Shown: piece after piece, positions 49,007-58,617 of the stretch | Layout of the letters: each line of letters starts with the position of its first letter | Position numbering within the stretch: the stretch's first letter is position 1 | Origin: Planctomycetia bacterium | GTDB taxonomy: Bacteria; Planctomycetota; Planctomycetia; Pirellulales; UBA1268 | DNA length: 64,000 nt | Direction: 5' to 3' | Assembly (NCBI GenBank): GCA_009924545.1 | Contig: RFRL01000001.1 | Location: 4,272-68,271, forward strand | Made by a program: the position numbers and the translations under genes | The notes under the pieces: generated by a model | The model's database searches: none | Seen by the model: only the letters and a program-made list of their open reading frames with translations | What the model was told of the DNA's origin: nothing

Positions 49007-50185
49007 TCAGCTCCGGCAGGCACGGTCGCGGGCGCGGAGGACCGTCGCCTCCGCTTCGGCCACCGTGGCGGCGACGACGGTGAGGTGTCCCATCTTCCGT
49101 CCCGGGCGTGGCTCCGACTTGCCGTACAGCGTGAGGCTCACCCCAGGCAGCGCCAGCGCGGCGGGCCAGTCGGGTTCGCCACCGGCCCAGCAATCACCGA
49201 GGAGATTGGCCATCGCCGCCGGCGCCAGTTGCCGGGGCGACCCCAGAGGGAGGCCGCACACCGCCCGCACCTGCTGCTCGAACTGGGAACAGGCACACGC
49301 CTCCACGGTGAGATGGCCGGAGTTGTGTGGTCGGGGGGCGATCTCGTTGACGAGGAGCCGGCCGTCGCCCGTCAGGAAGAACTCCACACACCCCACGCCG
49401 ACGAAATCGAGCGCCTCGAGCACCGCAGTGGCGAGCCGCTCGGCCTCCGCCTGCACCGGCCGGGGCAGGGGGGCGGGGGACGTGGTCACGTCGAGGATGT
49501 GGTGGCGGTGGCGGTTGTGGACGGCCGTGAACGGTGCGATCGCGCCGTCGGCACCGCGCGCGGCGACGACGGAGAGCTCGGCGATGAAATCGACCCACGA
49601 CTCCAGCACGAGCTCGCCCGGCCCGAGGGCCTGCCATGCGGCCGCCACCTCCGCGCGATCGACCACCCGGCGCTGCCCCTTGCCGTCGTAGCCGAAAGCG
49701 GCGGTCTTGAGGACTGCCGGCAGCCCCACGTGGGCGACCGCCGCCTCCAGCCCGGCGGCGTCGCGGATCAGAGCGTGGGGCACGACCGGGAAGCCGTGCC
49801 GCACGAGGAACGCCTTCTCGCGGCCGCGGTCCTGCACGGTGTGGAGGACGGCGGGGGCGGGCCGGACAACGATCTGCGCCGCGAGGGCGCCGGCGGCGGC
49901 GGCCGACACGTTCTCGAACTCGAACGTCAGTGCGTCGAGGCCCCGCGCCACGCCAACGAGCGCGGCCGGATCGTCGAGCGGCACGACGTGGAGCCGGTCG
50001 CAGTGCCGCGCGGCCGGGCAGTCGGCCACGTCCGAGAAGACCTCGACGCGGTACCCCATCCGCCTCGCCGCCATGGCGAACATCATCCCCAACTGTCCGC
50101 CACCGAGCACGCCCAGCCGCGCACCGGGTGGCAACGGCCCGGTGGCCGCGGTCACCGGCGCCGGGCTGGGTCTGGCGGTACTCAC
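49007..50185 (-). CDS. purK: N5-carboxyaminoimidazole ribonucleotide synthase
   Basis: [20 protein letters not shown]-grasp core [25 protein letters not shown], and GRKMGHLT near the C-terminus. ATGA overlap with purE. Confidence 0.9.
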   Translation of the reverse strand: MSTARPSPAPVTAATGPLPPGARLGVLGGGQLGMMFAMAARRMGYRVEVFSDVADCPAARHCDRLHVVPLDDPAALVGVARGLDALTFEFENVSAAAAGALAAQIVVRPAPAVLHTVQDRGREKAFLVRHGFPVVPHALIRDAAGLEAAVAHVGLPAVLKTAAFGYDGKGQRRVVDRAEVAAAWQALGPGELVLESWVDFIAELSVVAARGADGAIAPFTAVHNRHRHHILDVTTSPAPLPRPVQAEAERLATAVLEALDFVGVGCVEFFLTGDGRLLVNEIAPRPHNSGHLTVEACACSQFEQQVRAVCGLPLGSPRQLAPAAMANLLGDCWAGGEPDWPAALALPGVSLTLYGKSEPRPGRKMGHLTVVAATVAEAEATVLRARDRACRS

Positions 50186-50736
50186 CGGGTCGACACCCGG
50201 GGAACCGCGCCCCCCTCGACGCCATCGAGGCCGTCGCGCAACACGCGGTCGGTCTGGCCTTGCCGGTAGGCCACCAGGCGCTCCGCGAGGCGCGGATCAC
50301 CGAGGGCGAGCACGGCCACCGCCAACAGCGCCGCGTTGGCGGCCCCGGCCGGTCCGATCGCCAGCGTACCGACCGGAACTCCGGCCGGCATCTGCACGAT
50401 CGAGAGGAGCGAATCGACCCCGCGGAGCACGGCCGACTCCACCGGCACACCGAACACCGGCAGACAGGTCTGGGCGGCGATCATCCCCGGCAGGTGCGCC
50501 GCCCCACCCGCGCCGGCAATGATCACCTTCAGGCCCCGCGCCGCCGCCTCACGGGCGAAGACTCCCATCCGCTCGGGCGTGCGATGGGCCGACACCACGG
50601 CGCACTCGTGCGGCACGCCGAACTCGGTGAGCACGACCGACGCACGCTCGAGCGTGCCCCAATCGGAACGGCTCCCCATCACCACCGCCACCAGGGGCGG
50701 TACGACGGGGGCGGCGGGCTCGGTGGTGGCCGCCAT
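50182..50736 (-). CDS. purE: N5-carboxyaminoimidazole ribonucleotide mutase
   Basis: From the ATG at 50736 ([26 protein letters not shown]). Motifs SAHRTP and [14 protein letters not shown]. The rest of track ORF 50182..51822 is antisense to the Sua5 gene. Confidence 0.9.
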   Translation of the reverse strand: MAATTEPAAPVVPPLVAVVMGSRSDWGTLERASVVLTEFGVPHECAVVSAHRTPERMGVFAREAAARGLKVIIAGAGGAAHLPGMIAAQTCLPVFGVPVESAVLRGVDSLLSIVQMPAGVPVGTLAIGPAGAANAALLAVAVLALGDPRLAERLVAYRQGQTDRVLRDGLDGVEGGAVPRVSTR

Positions 50737-50886
50737 GGCGGGGCCCTCGCGGAGGCGGGAAAAACGACCGGCGCAATCTTCACGATTCACCCCCGGCGAT
50801 GCAACGACAACCCCCGGGCCGTTGACGACGACGCCCGACCGACGGACCATTCCCTGCCCGGTCACCCGCTGTCCTCGAGGTGCACG

Positions 50887-51975
50887 ATGGAACATGCGTT
50901 GCCCGACACCCTGCCCGTGCCCTGGCCGGACTCGGCCGTGGAGCCGCCGGAAGCGACGCGCGCGGCGCTCGATCGCGCGGTCGCCCTCCTCGCCGGCGGT
51001 GGCCTGGTGGCGATCCCGACCGAGACGGTCTATGGCCTGGCGGCGGTGGCGGTCGATGCCACCGCAGTCGGACGGATCTTCACGGCCAAGGGGCGGCAGG
51101 CAGCCAACCCGCTGATCGTGCACGTCGCCGACACCGCCATGGCGCGCGGCCTCGCCGCCGAGTGGCCCCCCATGGCCGAACAGATCACGGCGCACTTCTG
51201 GCCCGGGCCCATGACGGTGGTCGTGCCCCGCGCTCCTTCGATCCCCGACGCCGTCACGGCCGGCGGCGACACCGTCGCCCTGCGCTGCCCGGCCCACCGC
51301 TTCATCCGCCGTCTCATCGCGACGCTCGGCCTGCCCCTCGCGGCACCGAGTGCCAACCGCTCGCTGCGCCTCTCGCCGACGACCGCCGGCCACGTCTACG
51401 AGAGCCTCGGGGCCCGCGTCGACCTGATCCTCGACGGCGGGCCCTGCGCGGCCGGGATCGAATCGACCGTGGTCGATTGCACCGGCCCCGATCCGGTGAT
51501 CCTCCGCCCGGGCCCAGTCACCGCGGAGGAGCTCGGCCGGTTCCTCGGGAGCCCGGTGGCCAGCGTGGCCGACGCTGCGGGTGTGGCCCGTTCGCCGGGA
51601 CGCCTGCGCCGACACTACGCCCCACGGACACCGCTCGAGGTGGTCACCGACGCACCGCGCCGGATCAGGCAGTTGGCCCGCGCGGGCCGCCGCGCGGGCT
51701 GGCTTTGCCTGCAGCCGGAGGCCCCGGTCACCAGGAGCCTCGCCGCCACGGCCGACGTCGTGGTGGTGCCGATGCCGGCCGAGCCCCGGGACTACGCCAC
51801 TCGGCTCTACGCCACCCTGCATGCCCTCGACCGGCGTTCGCTCGACACCATCGTCGTCGACCCGCCGCCGGCCGACGGGGCGTGGGACGCCGTCCGCGAC
51901 CGTCTCGATCGCGCGAGTGCCGCCGCAACCGAGACCGACGCCGACGAAGACTCCGGCGCCGAAGCACCCGAATGA
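50887..51975 (+). CDS. L-threonylcarbamoyladenylate synthase (Sua5/YwlC/TsaC family, long form)
   Basis: From the ATG at 50887. YrdC-domain motifs [25 protein letters not shown] and APSANRS, plus a C-terminal Sua5-type extension and an acidic tail. Confidence 0.85.
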   Translation: MEHALPDTLPVPWPDSAVEPPEATRAALDRAVALLAGGGLVAIPTETVYGLAAVAVDATAVGRIFTAKGRQAANPLIVHVADTAMARGLAAEWPPMAEQITAHFWPGPMTVVVPRAPSIPDAVTAGGDTVALRCPAHRFIRRLIATLGLPLAAPSANRSLRLSPTTAGHVYESLGARVDLILDGGPCAAGIESTVVDCTGPDPVILRPGPVTAEELGRFLGSPVASVADAAGVARSPGRLRRHYAPRTPLEVVTDAPRRIRQLARAGRRAGWLCLQPEAPVTRSLAATADVVVVPMPAEPRDYATRLYATLHALDRRSLDTIVVDPPPADGAWDAVRDRLDRASAAATETDADEDSGAEAPE

Positions 51976-52063
51976 ACGCCTGCCGATCCCGGTGGGCGGG
52001 GTCGCACCCAGTCACACTCCCGGCGCTGAGCGTTCAGCTTCGCAGCCCGCCCGCGGGGCCCGG

Positions 52064-52975
52064 TTACGCAGCCGGCGCGAGGATCTCGCGCAGGGCCGAG
52101 GCGATATCGGGGTACTGGAACACGAACCCGGTCTCGAGAGCCACCCGGGGCAAGACCCGCTGCGAGTCGAAGAGCACCTGGGCGAATTCCCCGAACATCA
52201 GCCGCAGCCCCAGGTAAGGCGCCGGGAGGAATGCCGGCCGGTGGAGTTGCCGGCCCAGCGCGCGGGTGAACTCACTGTTGCGCACCGGTTCCGGGGCGAC
52301 ACCGTTGACCGCGCCACGGATCCTTGCCACGTCGGCCGCATGCACGTACATCCGGGCCAGATCGGCGACATGGATCCAAGGCATCCACTGCCGGCCGCTG
52401 CCCAGCGGCCCACCGGCCCCCAGACGGAACGGCGTGAGCATTTTCCCGAGTGCCCCACCGCCGCTGCCGAGCACGATCCCCGTGCGCAGCAGGGCCACGC
52501 GGATCCCCGCCCCTTCGGCCGCGAGCGATTCCCGTTCCCATTCCCGGCACACGTCGGCCAGGAACCCACTCCCGGGCGGACTGGATTCCACCAGTTCCTC
52601 CTCGCCGCGATTGCCGTAGATCCCGACCGCGGACGAAGCCACGAGGGTGGCGGGCTTGTCCGTCGACTGGGTCATGCCGAGAACGAGGTTTCGGGTGCCG
52701 ACGACCCGGCTGTCACGGATGCGGGCCTTTTGCGCCTCGGTCCACCGCCCTTCGGCGACCGACTCGCCGGCGAGGTGGAACACCGTGTCGACTGCGGAAA
52801 AGGCCTCGGCCGGTGGCGGCCCGGCCATTGGATCCCAGCGGAAGATCGGCCCCACGGAGGGGCCCAGGCGCCCGCGGGCCCGCTCGGGGTTCCGCGACAG
52901 CACCACCGGGCTGTCGAGGAGCCGCAACAACCGTGGACCGACGAACCCAGTGGCACCGGTGACGAGGGCCCGCAT
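52064..52975 (-). CDS. NAD-dependent epimerase-fold protein of the YfcH/TIGR01777 type (with a DUF1731-like C-terminus)
   Basis: From the ATG at 52975: MRALVTGATGFVG (Rossmann motif), ...RTGIVLGSGGGAL...GSGRQWMPWIHVAD...LFDSQRVLPRVALETGFVFQYPD. This is typical of that family as I recall it. Confidence 0.75.
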   Translation of the reverse strand: MRALVTGATGFVGPRLLRLLDSPVVLSRNPERARGRLGPSVGPIFRWDPMAGPPPAEAFSAVDTVFHLAGESVAEGRWTEAQKARIRDSRVVGTRNLVLGMTQSTDKPATLVASSAVGIYGNRGEEELVESSPPGSGFLADVCREWERESLAAEGAGIRVALLRTGIVLGSGGGALGKMLTPFRLGAGGPLGSGRQWMPWIHVADLARMYVHAADVARIRGAVNGVAPEPVRNSEFTRALGRQLHRPAFLPAPYLGLRLMFGEFAQVLFDSQRVLPRVALETGFVFQYPDIASALREILAPAA

Positions 52976-53098
52976 GGCGACTCCTGACGGAAACAACAGC
53001 CACCCGCGCCGGCAAAATCCGCATCGGCGCTCGAGCGACTGCGGCAGTATAAACAGGTCCCACCGCCCGCCCTCCCCGCCGCGCCCGAGAATCCCACC

Positions 53099-54685
53099 GT
53101 GCCCGCCTTCCGTGAGTGGGTCGCCTCCGCGATCCGCCCGATCGCCCCGCCGCGATCCGGCCTGCGGCGCGACCTCTGGGTGTCGACCGCCGATGCCGCC
53201 GCCTTCAGCGTGATGGTCGGGTGCGGAGAGACCTACATCCCGGCGTTCGCGCTCGAACTGGGGATGGGTCCGGTGGCCGCCGGGATGACGGCCACGGTGC
53301 CCGTGCTCGCCGGAGCCTGCCTCCAGCTCGTCACGCCGTGGGGCGTGCGCCTGGTGGGCACCAACCGGGGCTGGGTGATCGGCTGCACCCTGCTGCAGGC
53401 GGCGAGTTTCATCCCCATGCTGGTCTGGGCCATCACCGGCACCGCGGCCCTGTGGCAACTGCTCGTCGCCGCCAGCCTCTATTGGTCGGCGGGCATGGCG
53501 GGGGCCCCCGCCTGGAACGCCTGGATGGGGACGATGATCCCGGAGAAGATGCGCACCCCCTATTTCGCGCAGCGCAACCGCCTCGGGCAATTCGCCGCCT
53601 TTGCCGGGTTCGTGTGTGGCGGGCTGGTGCTCCAGTGGGGTGAATCGCGGGGCCACACGCGGGCGGCGTTCGCGGTGCTGTTCGCCATCGCGGCCGTCTT
53701 CCGCCTGGTGTCCACCGCCTGCCTGGTCGCCTGCCGGGAACTCCAACCACCGGGCCGCGGCCCCCTCGCGGTCGCGACCGCGGCTGCGGACGCCGACCGG
53801 AGCGCACCGGCCGCGGCGGAATCAGCACCGCGGCTCATCACGCGGCTGGCCACGCTGCTCGGTTCGCGGTCCGCAGCCCTGGTGACGTTCCTGTGGCTGT
53901 TCGCCTTCGCCTGCCAGTGTGCCGGTCCCTACTTCACCCCGTTCATGCGCCGGGAGCTCGGGTTCTCGTACCTGGCCTTCATGACGGTGGGGGCCACGAG
54001 CTTCCTCGCCAAGGCGCTGGCGCTGCCCGGCATCGGCCGGCTGGGCTCGCGGATCGGTTCGCACCGCCTGCTGTGGGCCGGGGCGCTGGCCCTCGTTCCA
54101 CTCTCCCTGCTCTGGCTGCCATCGCACGCGGTGCCATACCTGGTGGGCGTGCAGGTGGTGGCCGGGTGCTGCTGGGCCTGTTACGAGCTGGCGGTGGCCC
54201 TGCTGTTCTTCGATGCCGTGCCCCCCGCCGAGCGCACCGGCCTGGTCACCGTCTACAACCTCGGCCACGCGGTGGCCACGGTGTCGGGGGCGGCCACCGG
54301 GGCGGCCCTCCTCCGCTGGCTGGGAGAAGACCACGCGGCCTATGTCAGCCTGTTCGTCCTGTCGGCCTGCCTTCGCCTGGCGGTGGTGCCGCTGGCGTGG
54401 CGGATCCGGATCCCGCACCGGGCGGTCACCCCTCAGGCGCGCGATCAGCCGGTACACCATGTGTGGTGGAAGCTCAGGAAGGCGGTCACCCCTCAGGCGC
54501 GCGATCAGCCGGTACACCATGTGTGGTGGAAGCTCAGGAAGGCGGTCACCCCTCACGCGCGCGATCAGCCGGTCGTCCCACAGGGGAACGATCAGCCGCT
54601 CTCTCCGCAGGGGCGCGATCAGCCTGCCGTCGGGAACCGCAGTTCGTGCGCGATGCTGTCGAGGAAGGTGCGGGCCCTGCCGTAA
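53099..54685 (+). CDS. MFS-type transporter with a repeat-containing C-terminal tail
   Basis: About 12 hydrophobic segments across residues 1-440. The last roughly 85 aa are encoded by the 60-bp tandem repeat (AVTPQARDQPVHHVWWKLRK x2.5) and related RDQP units. The 3' end overlaps the convergent gene by 67 nt. Confidence 0.7.
   Translation: MPAFREWVASAIRPIAPPRSGLRRDLWVSTADAAAFSVMVGCGETYIPAFALELGMGPVAAGMTATVPVLAGACLQLVTPWGVRLVGTNRGWVIGCTLLQAASFIPMLVWAITGTAALWQLLVAASLYWSAGMAGAPAWNAWMGTMIPEKMRTPYFAQRNRLGQFAAFAGFVCGGLVLQWGESRGHTRAAFAVLFAIAAVFRLVSTACLVACRELQPPGRGPLAVATAAADADRSAPAAAESAPRLITRLATLLGSRSAALVTFLWLFAFACQCAGPYFTPFMRRELGFSYLAFMTVGATSFLAKALALPGIGRLGSRIGSHRLLWAGALALVPLSLLWLPSHAVPYLVGVQVVAGCCWACYELAVALLFFDAVPPAERTGLVTVYNLGHAVATVSGAATGAALLRWLGEDHAAYVSLFVLSACLRLAVVPLAWRIRIPHRAVTPQARDQPVHHVWWKLRKAVTPQARDQPVHHVWWKLRKAVTPHARDQPVVPQGNDQPLSPQGRDQPAVGNRSSCAMLSRKVRALP
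54421..54573. repeat. perfect 60-bp tandem direct repeat, 2.55 copies
   Basis: Positions 54421-54480 and 54481-54540 are identical base for base. 54541-54573 repeats the first 33 nt with one mismatch. The core CGATCAGCC recurs twice more, at about 54590 and about 54616. Confidence 0.95.
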
Positions 54686-55356
54686 TCGCCGGCGGGGTAC
54701 TCTTTCACGTTCTCGCGCAGCACCTCGATGAACTTCGAGACGGTCTGGCGGATCTGCCGCTGGTCCTCGAAGTCGATGCTGCCTTGCGTGGCGGCGCGGT
54801 GGGCGAACTGGGCGTCGAGATCCGCGCGGTTGGCGGCGAAGCGCGGATCACGCAGCACCAGCGGATACTCGATGTGGCCGGTGACGGGGTCGAGCTGCAT
54901 CGAATCGAGCCGCGGAGGGGTGGCCATCTTCGCCAACCGCACCGCCTGCTCCTGCGTGACGCGCGGCCCATTCTCCTCGGCGCGCCGCTCGCGGTTGGTG
55001 CGCCGCATGTCAAAGTAGGTGTCGGTCCACTTCGCGCGGTTGTCGATCTCCATCGTCTTCGCCTGCTCCCAGTTCTTCGCCGCCTCCGAGTTCGACAGGT
55101 TCGCCTGCCCTTCGGAGCGGATCACCTGGGCATAGCCATAGTCGGCGGCCTGACCAGCGGTCACCGCCATCCCCTCGCCAAACCCACCCCAGCCACCCCA
55201 CTGGGCGAGCGCGTGGGTGGATCCCAAGGCGACGACGAGCGTGAGGATCCCGCCCGGCAGGCCACGCCGACCGGGGAAGGGCCTGCCGGCCGGATGAGCA
55301 GCGGACACCGGCAGCGACCGACGGGAGCAACACGGGGCGGAAGTGATGGGCTTCAT
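54619..55356 (-). CDS. secreted hypothetical protein (245 aa, predicted helical)
   Basis: From the ATG at 55356 (MKPITSAP...GGILTLVVALGSTHALAQ, a signal-like segment). The rest is charged sequence with helical character. I recognise no motif. Confidence 0.55.
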   Translation of the reverse strand: MKPITSAPCCSRRSLPVSAAHPAGRPFPGRRGLPGGILTLVVALGSTHALAQWGGWGGFGEGMAVTAGQAADYGYAQVIRSEGQANLSNSEAAKNWEQAKTMEIDNRAKWTDTYFDMRRTNRERRAEENGPRVTQEQAVRLAKMATPPRLDSMQLDPVTGHIEYPLVLRDPRFAANRADLDAQFAHRAATQGSIDFEDQRQIRQTVSKFIEVLRENVKEYPAGDYGRARTFLDSIAHELRFPTAG

Positions 55357-55443
55357 GGTTTCTGTTTCACTCGCGGGGATTCGTTGGGCGAACCACCGGG
55401 CCGCGCGGGACCGGAAAACTCCAGTGTGACGAAAATCTCGGAA

Positions 55444-55451
55444 AGTATAAT
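55444..55451. promoter_or_regulatory. AT-rich block with face-to-face -10-like hexamers (TATAAT on plus, TATACT on minus) in a divergent intergenic region
   Basis: The sequence gaaagTATAATctacgaaag lies at 55441-55460, between the divergent starts at 55356 (minus) and 55544 (plus). I found no convincing -35 element for either strand. Confidence 0.25.
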
Positions 55452-55543
55452 CTACGAAAGATCTGCCGGCGACGTCGATTCGCGCGACCACGAAGGGGTG
55501 GGAGTGCCGGTGTCCGTTTCAGGCAGCCTTCGGAGCGTTTCGC

Positions 55544-57718
55544 ATGAGCCGAGTTGTCGCGGCGTGGCCCAGCCGGGCGTCCCAGATCCCGGTGTCCGTC
55601 GGCGGGAGTGCCCCCGCCGTGGAAATCCCCGCCACCAGCGGGGTTCGATTCCTGCTCCCCACGGGAGCCCGTGGCACCGCATGGCTGGCGGCCGCGGGGC
55701 TTCTCCTGGCCGGCTGCGGGCAGACGAAGGCCCCGGCTCCCCCGCCGCGCAGACCGTCGGCCACTGCCGCGCAGTCGAGCCCTCAGTCGCCGCCCCCCGC
55801 AGCCCAGGCCACGGCGGCCCAAGGCAACGGCCCGGCGGCAACGCCGAGCGCCGCAGCCGACAGCGCGCCATCCGGACCGGAAGCCGAGGTGTCGGCCGTG
55901 AAGCAGGCAGCCAGCGCCGCGGTAGAAGGGCTCCTCGCTCGGTTCGCCGCGGCCACTGACGAGGATGGCCGGGTCGCGGCCATCGACGACCTCGCCAAAC
56001 TCGGCGCGGCGGCAAAGCCCGCCCTGAAGACACTCCTCGAGGCCGTGACCGGCACCTCGTCAGTGCGCGTCCGCTGGCACGCAGCCCGGGCCATCGGTCG
56101 GATCGGGCAGGAGGCGGTCGGCGCCGTGCCCGCACTGGTCAAGGCCCTCTCCGACTCCGATCCGATCGTGGTCACGCAGTCGGTGGTGGCGCTCGGCGAG
56201 ATCCGCCGCGATGACCCGCGGCACGACGCCGATCTGCCCGCCGCCGAGGCGGCCTCGTTCGCCCAGGCCCGCGCCGCCCTCCTCGCCGCCTGTGGCCACG
56301 GCGACGCGCGCGTCCGTCGCGCCGCGCTGCGGAGCGTGAAGTCGTTCGTCGGCGAGGACGAACTCGGCCCGTTGGTGGTGAAGTTCCTCTCCGACTCCGA
56401 CCCGGCGGTGATCATGCCATCCCTGCACACCCTGGCCGACATCGGGGAGCCGGTCGTGCCGTTGCTCCTCAAGGCGCTCGAGGATCCCAAGTCGCGCTAC
56501 TGGGCCAGCGTGGCCCTGATGGAGATGGGTCCCAAGGCAGCCTCGGCGACGGAGCCCCTCGCGGCGCTGTTGGCCACGGGTGAGATCGACGAGCGGATGC
56601 AGGCGGGGCTGGCGCTGGCCTCGATCGGTGAGCCGGCGGCCGCAGCGGCGGATGAATTGGCAACGCTCCTCGAGTCGCCGGAAGGGGCCCTCCGCTTTAC
56701 CGGCGCCTACGCGCTGGGCCGCGTCCGCGGCCCGGGTGCCGACGCGGCGCTGGAAAAGGCCAGCGCCGACGCTGACCCCTTCCTGGCGACGATCGCCACC
56801 TGGGCCCGGGCCCGCATCCATCCCGACGACCGGGCGCTCGTCGACCAGGCACTCGATCGACTGACCGCGGGATTGACCAGCGACCGCCCCAACCTGCGTG
56901 CCGCGGCCGTCCGCAGCATCGCCGACCTGCGGGGCAGCATCCCCGACGATCGCGAGGCGGCGGTCGCCACCGACGTGGTGAAGCTCCTGGCCGACGGCAC
57001 ACCCGATGTCGCCCGGGCGGCGGCGGAGGCCCTGCTGCAGATGGGGCCGACCGCCATCGATGCCCTGGAGGGAGCGCTCGCCGAACCGGCACTGCAGATG
57101 CCGGCGGTGCAACTCCTCTCGGCGCTGGGGAAGCTCTCGAAGCCGGCGGTCGACTCGCTCACCACGACCCTCACCGGCTCCGATCCACTCCTGCGCGGTG
57201 AGGCCGCGGTGGCCCTCGGTGCGGTCGGCGCCGACGCGGCCGAAGCGGTGCCGGAGTTGCTCGAACTCGTCTCCGCCACCGACGACACCCCGGCCGATCC
57301 CGGCGCCGCTTCCGGGATGGAGTTGGTCGGCAGCACCGCAGGCAATCGCCTGGCTGCCGTGTTCGCCCTGGGCAAGATCGGGCCCGCCGCCGGCAAGGCC
57401 GTGGAACGGCTCACGGCGCTCGCCGCGACCGACAGCGACGACATGCTCGCCACGATGGCCTCGTGGGCGCTATTGAGGATCGAGCCTGGTAACCCGGCGC
57501 ACTATGAGGCCGCCATCCCGCGCCTCCGCAAGGCGCTCCGGTCGGATCGCGAGATGGTGCGGGTCGAGGCGGCACGGGCCCTGGGGGAAATCGGTCACCC
57601 GGCCTCCAGCGCGATCGCGATGCTCGAATTGTTGGCCAACGACGACCCTTCGGCGACGGTCAGGGCAGCGGCAGCGGAGGCGGTGCCGAAGCTCAAGGGA
57701 GGCCCGGGGGCCCACTGA
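55544..57718 (+). CDS. HEAT-repeat (PBS-lyase-type) lipoprotein
   Basis: Lipobox-like LLLAGCGQ. At least 12 repeats of the HEAT/PBS-lyase type follow (SVRVRWHAARAIGRIG, DSDPIVVTQSVVALGEI, DARVRRAALRSV, REMVRVEAARALGEIG, DPSATVRAAAAEAV). The start may lie downstream of 55544. Confidence 0.8.
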   Translation: MSRVVAAWPSRASQIPVSVGGSAPAVEIPATSGVRFLLPTGARGTAWLAAAGLLLAGCGQTKAPAPPPRRPSATAAQSSPQSPPPAAQATAAQGNGPAATPSAAADSAPSGPEAEVSAVKQAASAAVEGLLARFAAATDEDGRVAAIDDLAKLGAAAKPALKTLLEAVTGTSSVRVRWHAARAIGRIGQEAVGAVPALVKALSDSDPIVVTQSVVALGEIRRDDPRHDADLPAAEAASFAQARAALLAACGHGDARVRRAALRSVKSFVGEDELGPLVVKFLSDSDPAVIMPSLHTLADIGEPVVPLLLKALEDPKSRYWASVALMEMGPKAASATEPLAALLATGEIDERMQAGLALASIGEPAAAAADELATLLESPEGALRFTGAYALGRVRGPGADAALEKASADADPFLATIATWARARIHPDDRALVDQALDRLTAGLTSDRPNLRAAAVRSIADLRGSIPDDREAAVATDVVKLLADGTPDVARAAAEALLQMGPTAIDALEGALAEPALQMPAVQLLSALGKLSKPAVDSLTTTLTGSDPLLRGEAAVALGAVGADAAEAVPELLELVSATDDTPADPGAASGMELVGSTAGNRLAAVFALGKIGPAAGKAVERLTALAATDSDDMLATMASWALLRIEPGNPAHYEAAIPRLRKALRSDREMVRVEAARALGEIGHPASSAIAMLELLANDDPSATVRAAAAEAVPKLKGGPGAH

Positions 57719-57841
57719 CACCGGCCTGGCATCTCCCGGCGGCCGCCTTTTCAAGGGGCCCGTCCCCGGGTCGGTCCCGGCTGCACCGGGCCCCGTCCGC
57801 AGTGACCGGAACGTGATCGCCGGTCACGCAGCCTGGGGGGT

Positions 57842-58507
57842 TTGGCGCGGCTTGCCACGCCCTCATTGAGCCGTCCGCGGCTTGGTGCCGATGCTCGCAG
57901 CGGGTGTCCCGGGGGCGCGTGCCGCCCAGGACGACGAGGCGTCGGAACGCACACCGTGACCACACCGGGCTGGCTTGGCACCCTTTGGCTGACGCGTTTC
58001 TCCGGTCCTGCCGGAGAACGGGTCCTCTACCGGCACATCGGTGCGCGGCGGCCGCTGCGGATCCTCGAATTGGGTCTCGGCCGCCTGCGCCGTGCCGAAC
58101 GGCTCCTCCGGCATGCCGTGGCGACGGCAGCCGGGCAGACGGTGGCCTACGTGGGTGTGGATCGGTTCGAGAGCCGCCAGGCGGAGGACGGACCGGGCGT
58201 GTCGCTCAAGGAGGCCCACCGCCGGCTCAGCGGCGTGGCACGAGTGCAACTCGTGCCCGGCAACGTCGACACCAACCTGTCGCGGTTGTGCAACCATCTC
58301 GGGGCGTTCGACCTCGTGGTGGTCTCCGCCGACAACCCCGCCCGGCAACTGGAGCGGGCGTGGTTCTTCGTGCAGCGACTGACGTCGCCGGAGACGGTGG
58401 TCTTCGCCGAGTCGGACGGCGGTGGCGGGCGGACGACATGGGCCCCGCTGTCACGGGGCCAACTGGCCGACCTCGCGGCCCGCTCGCTGCAGCGCCGGGC
58501 CGGGTGA
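57842..58507 (+). CDS. hypothetical protein, possibly a class I SAM-methyltransferase-like fold
   Basis: [11 protein letters not shown] resembles methyltransferase motif I, and FDLVVVSAD resembles a later beta-strand motif. This is weak. The GTG at 57956 is a plausible alternative start, because the first 38 codons are R/G-rich. Confidence 0.45.
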   Translation: MARLATPSLSRPRLGADARSGCPGGACRPGRRGVGTHTVTTPGWLGTLWLTRFSGPAGERVLYRHIGARRPLRILELGLGRLRRAERLLRHAVATAAGQTVAYVGVDRFESRQAEDGPGVSLKEAHRRLSGVARVQLVPGNVDTNLSRLCNHLGAFDLVVVSADNPARQLERAWFFVQRLTSPETVVFAESDGGGGRTTWAPLSRGQLADLAARSLQRRAG

Positions 58508-58617
58508 CCGGGCGGCCCTGCGGCGTTGATGGCACCGGGGCGCCGGCCGCGGTACATTGCCGTTCTCCAGGCCGCCGGATGTCCGGTTGGCCGGCGACCG
58601 CCCCGCACGTTCCGCCC

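Noticed and set aside
54421-54573. The 60-bp repeats considered as a CRISPR array.
   Set aside because: The copies are directly adjacent with no spacers, there are only 2.5 units, there are no cas genes in the window, and the repeat is in frame within an ORF.
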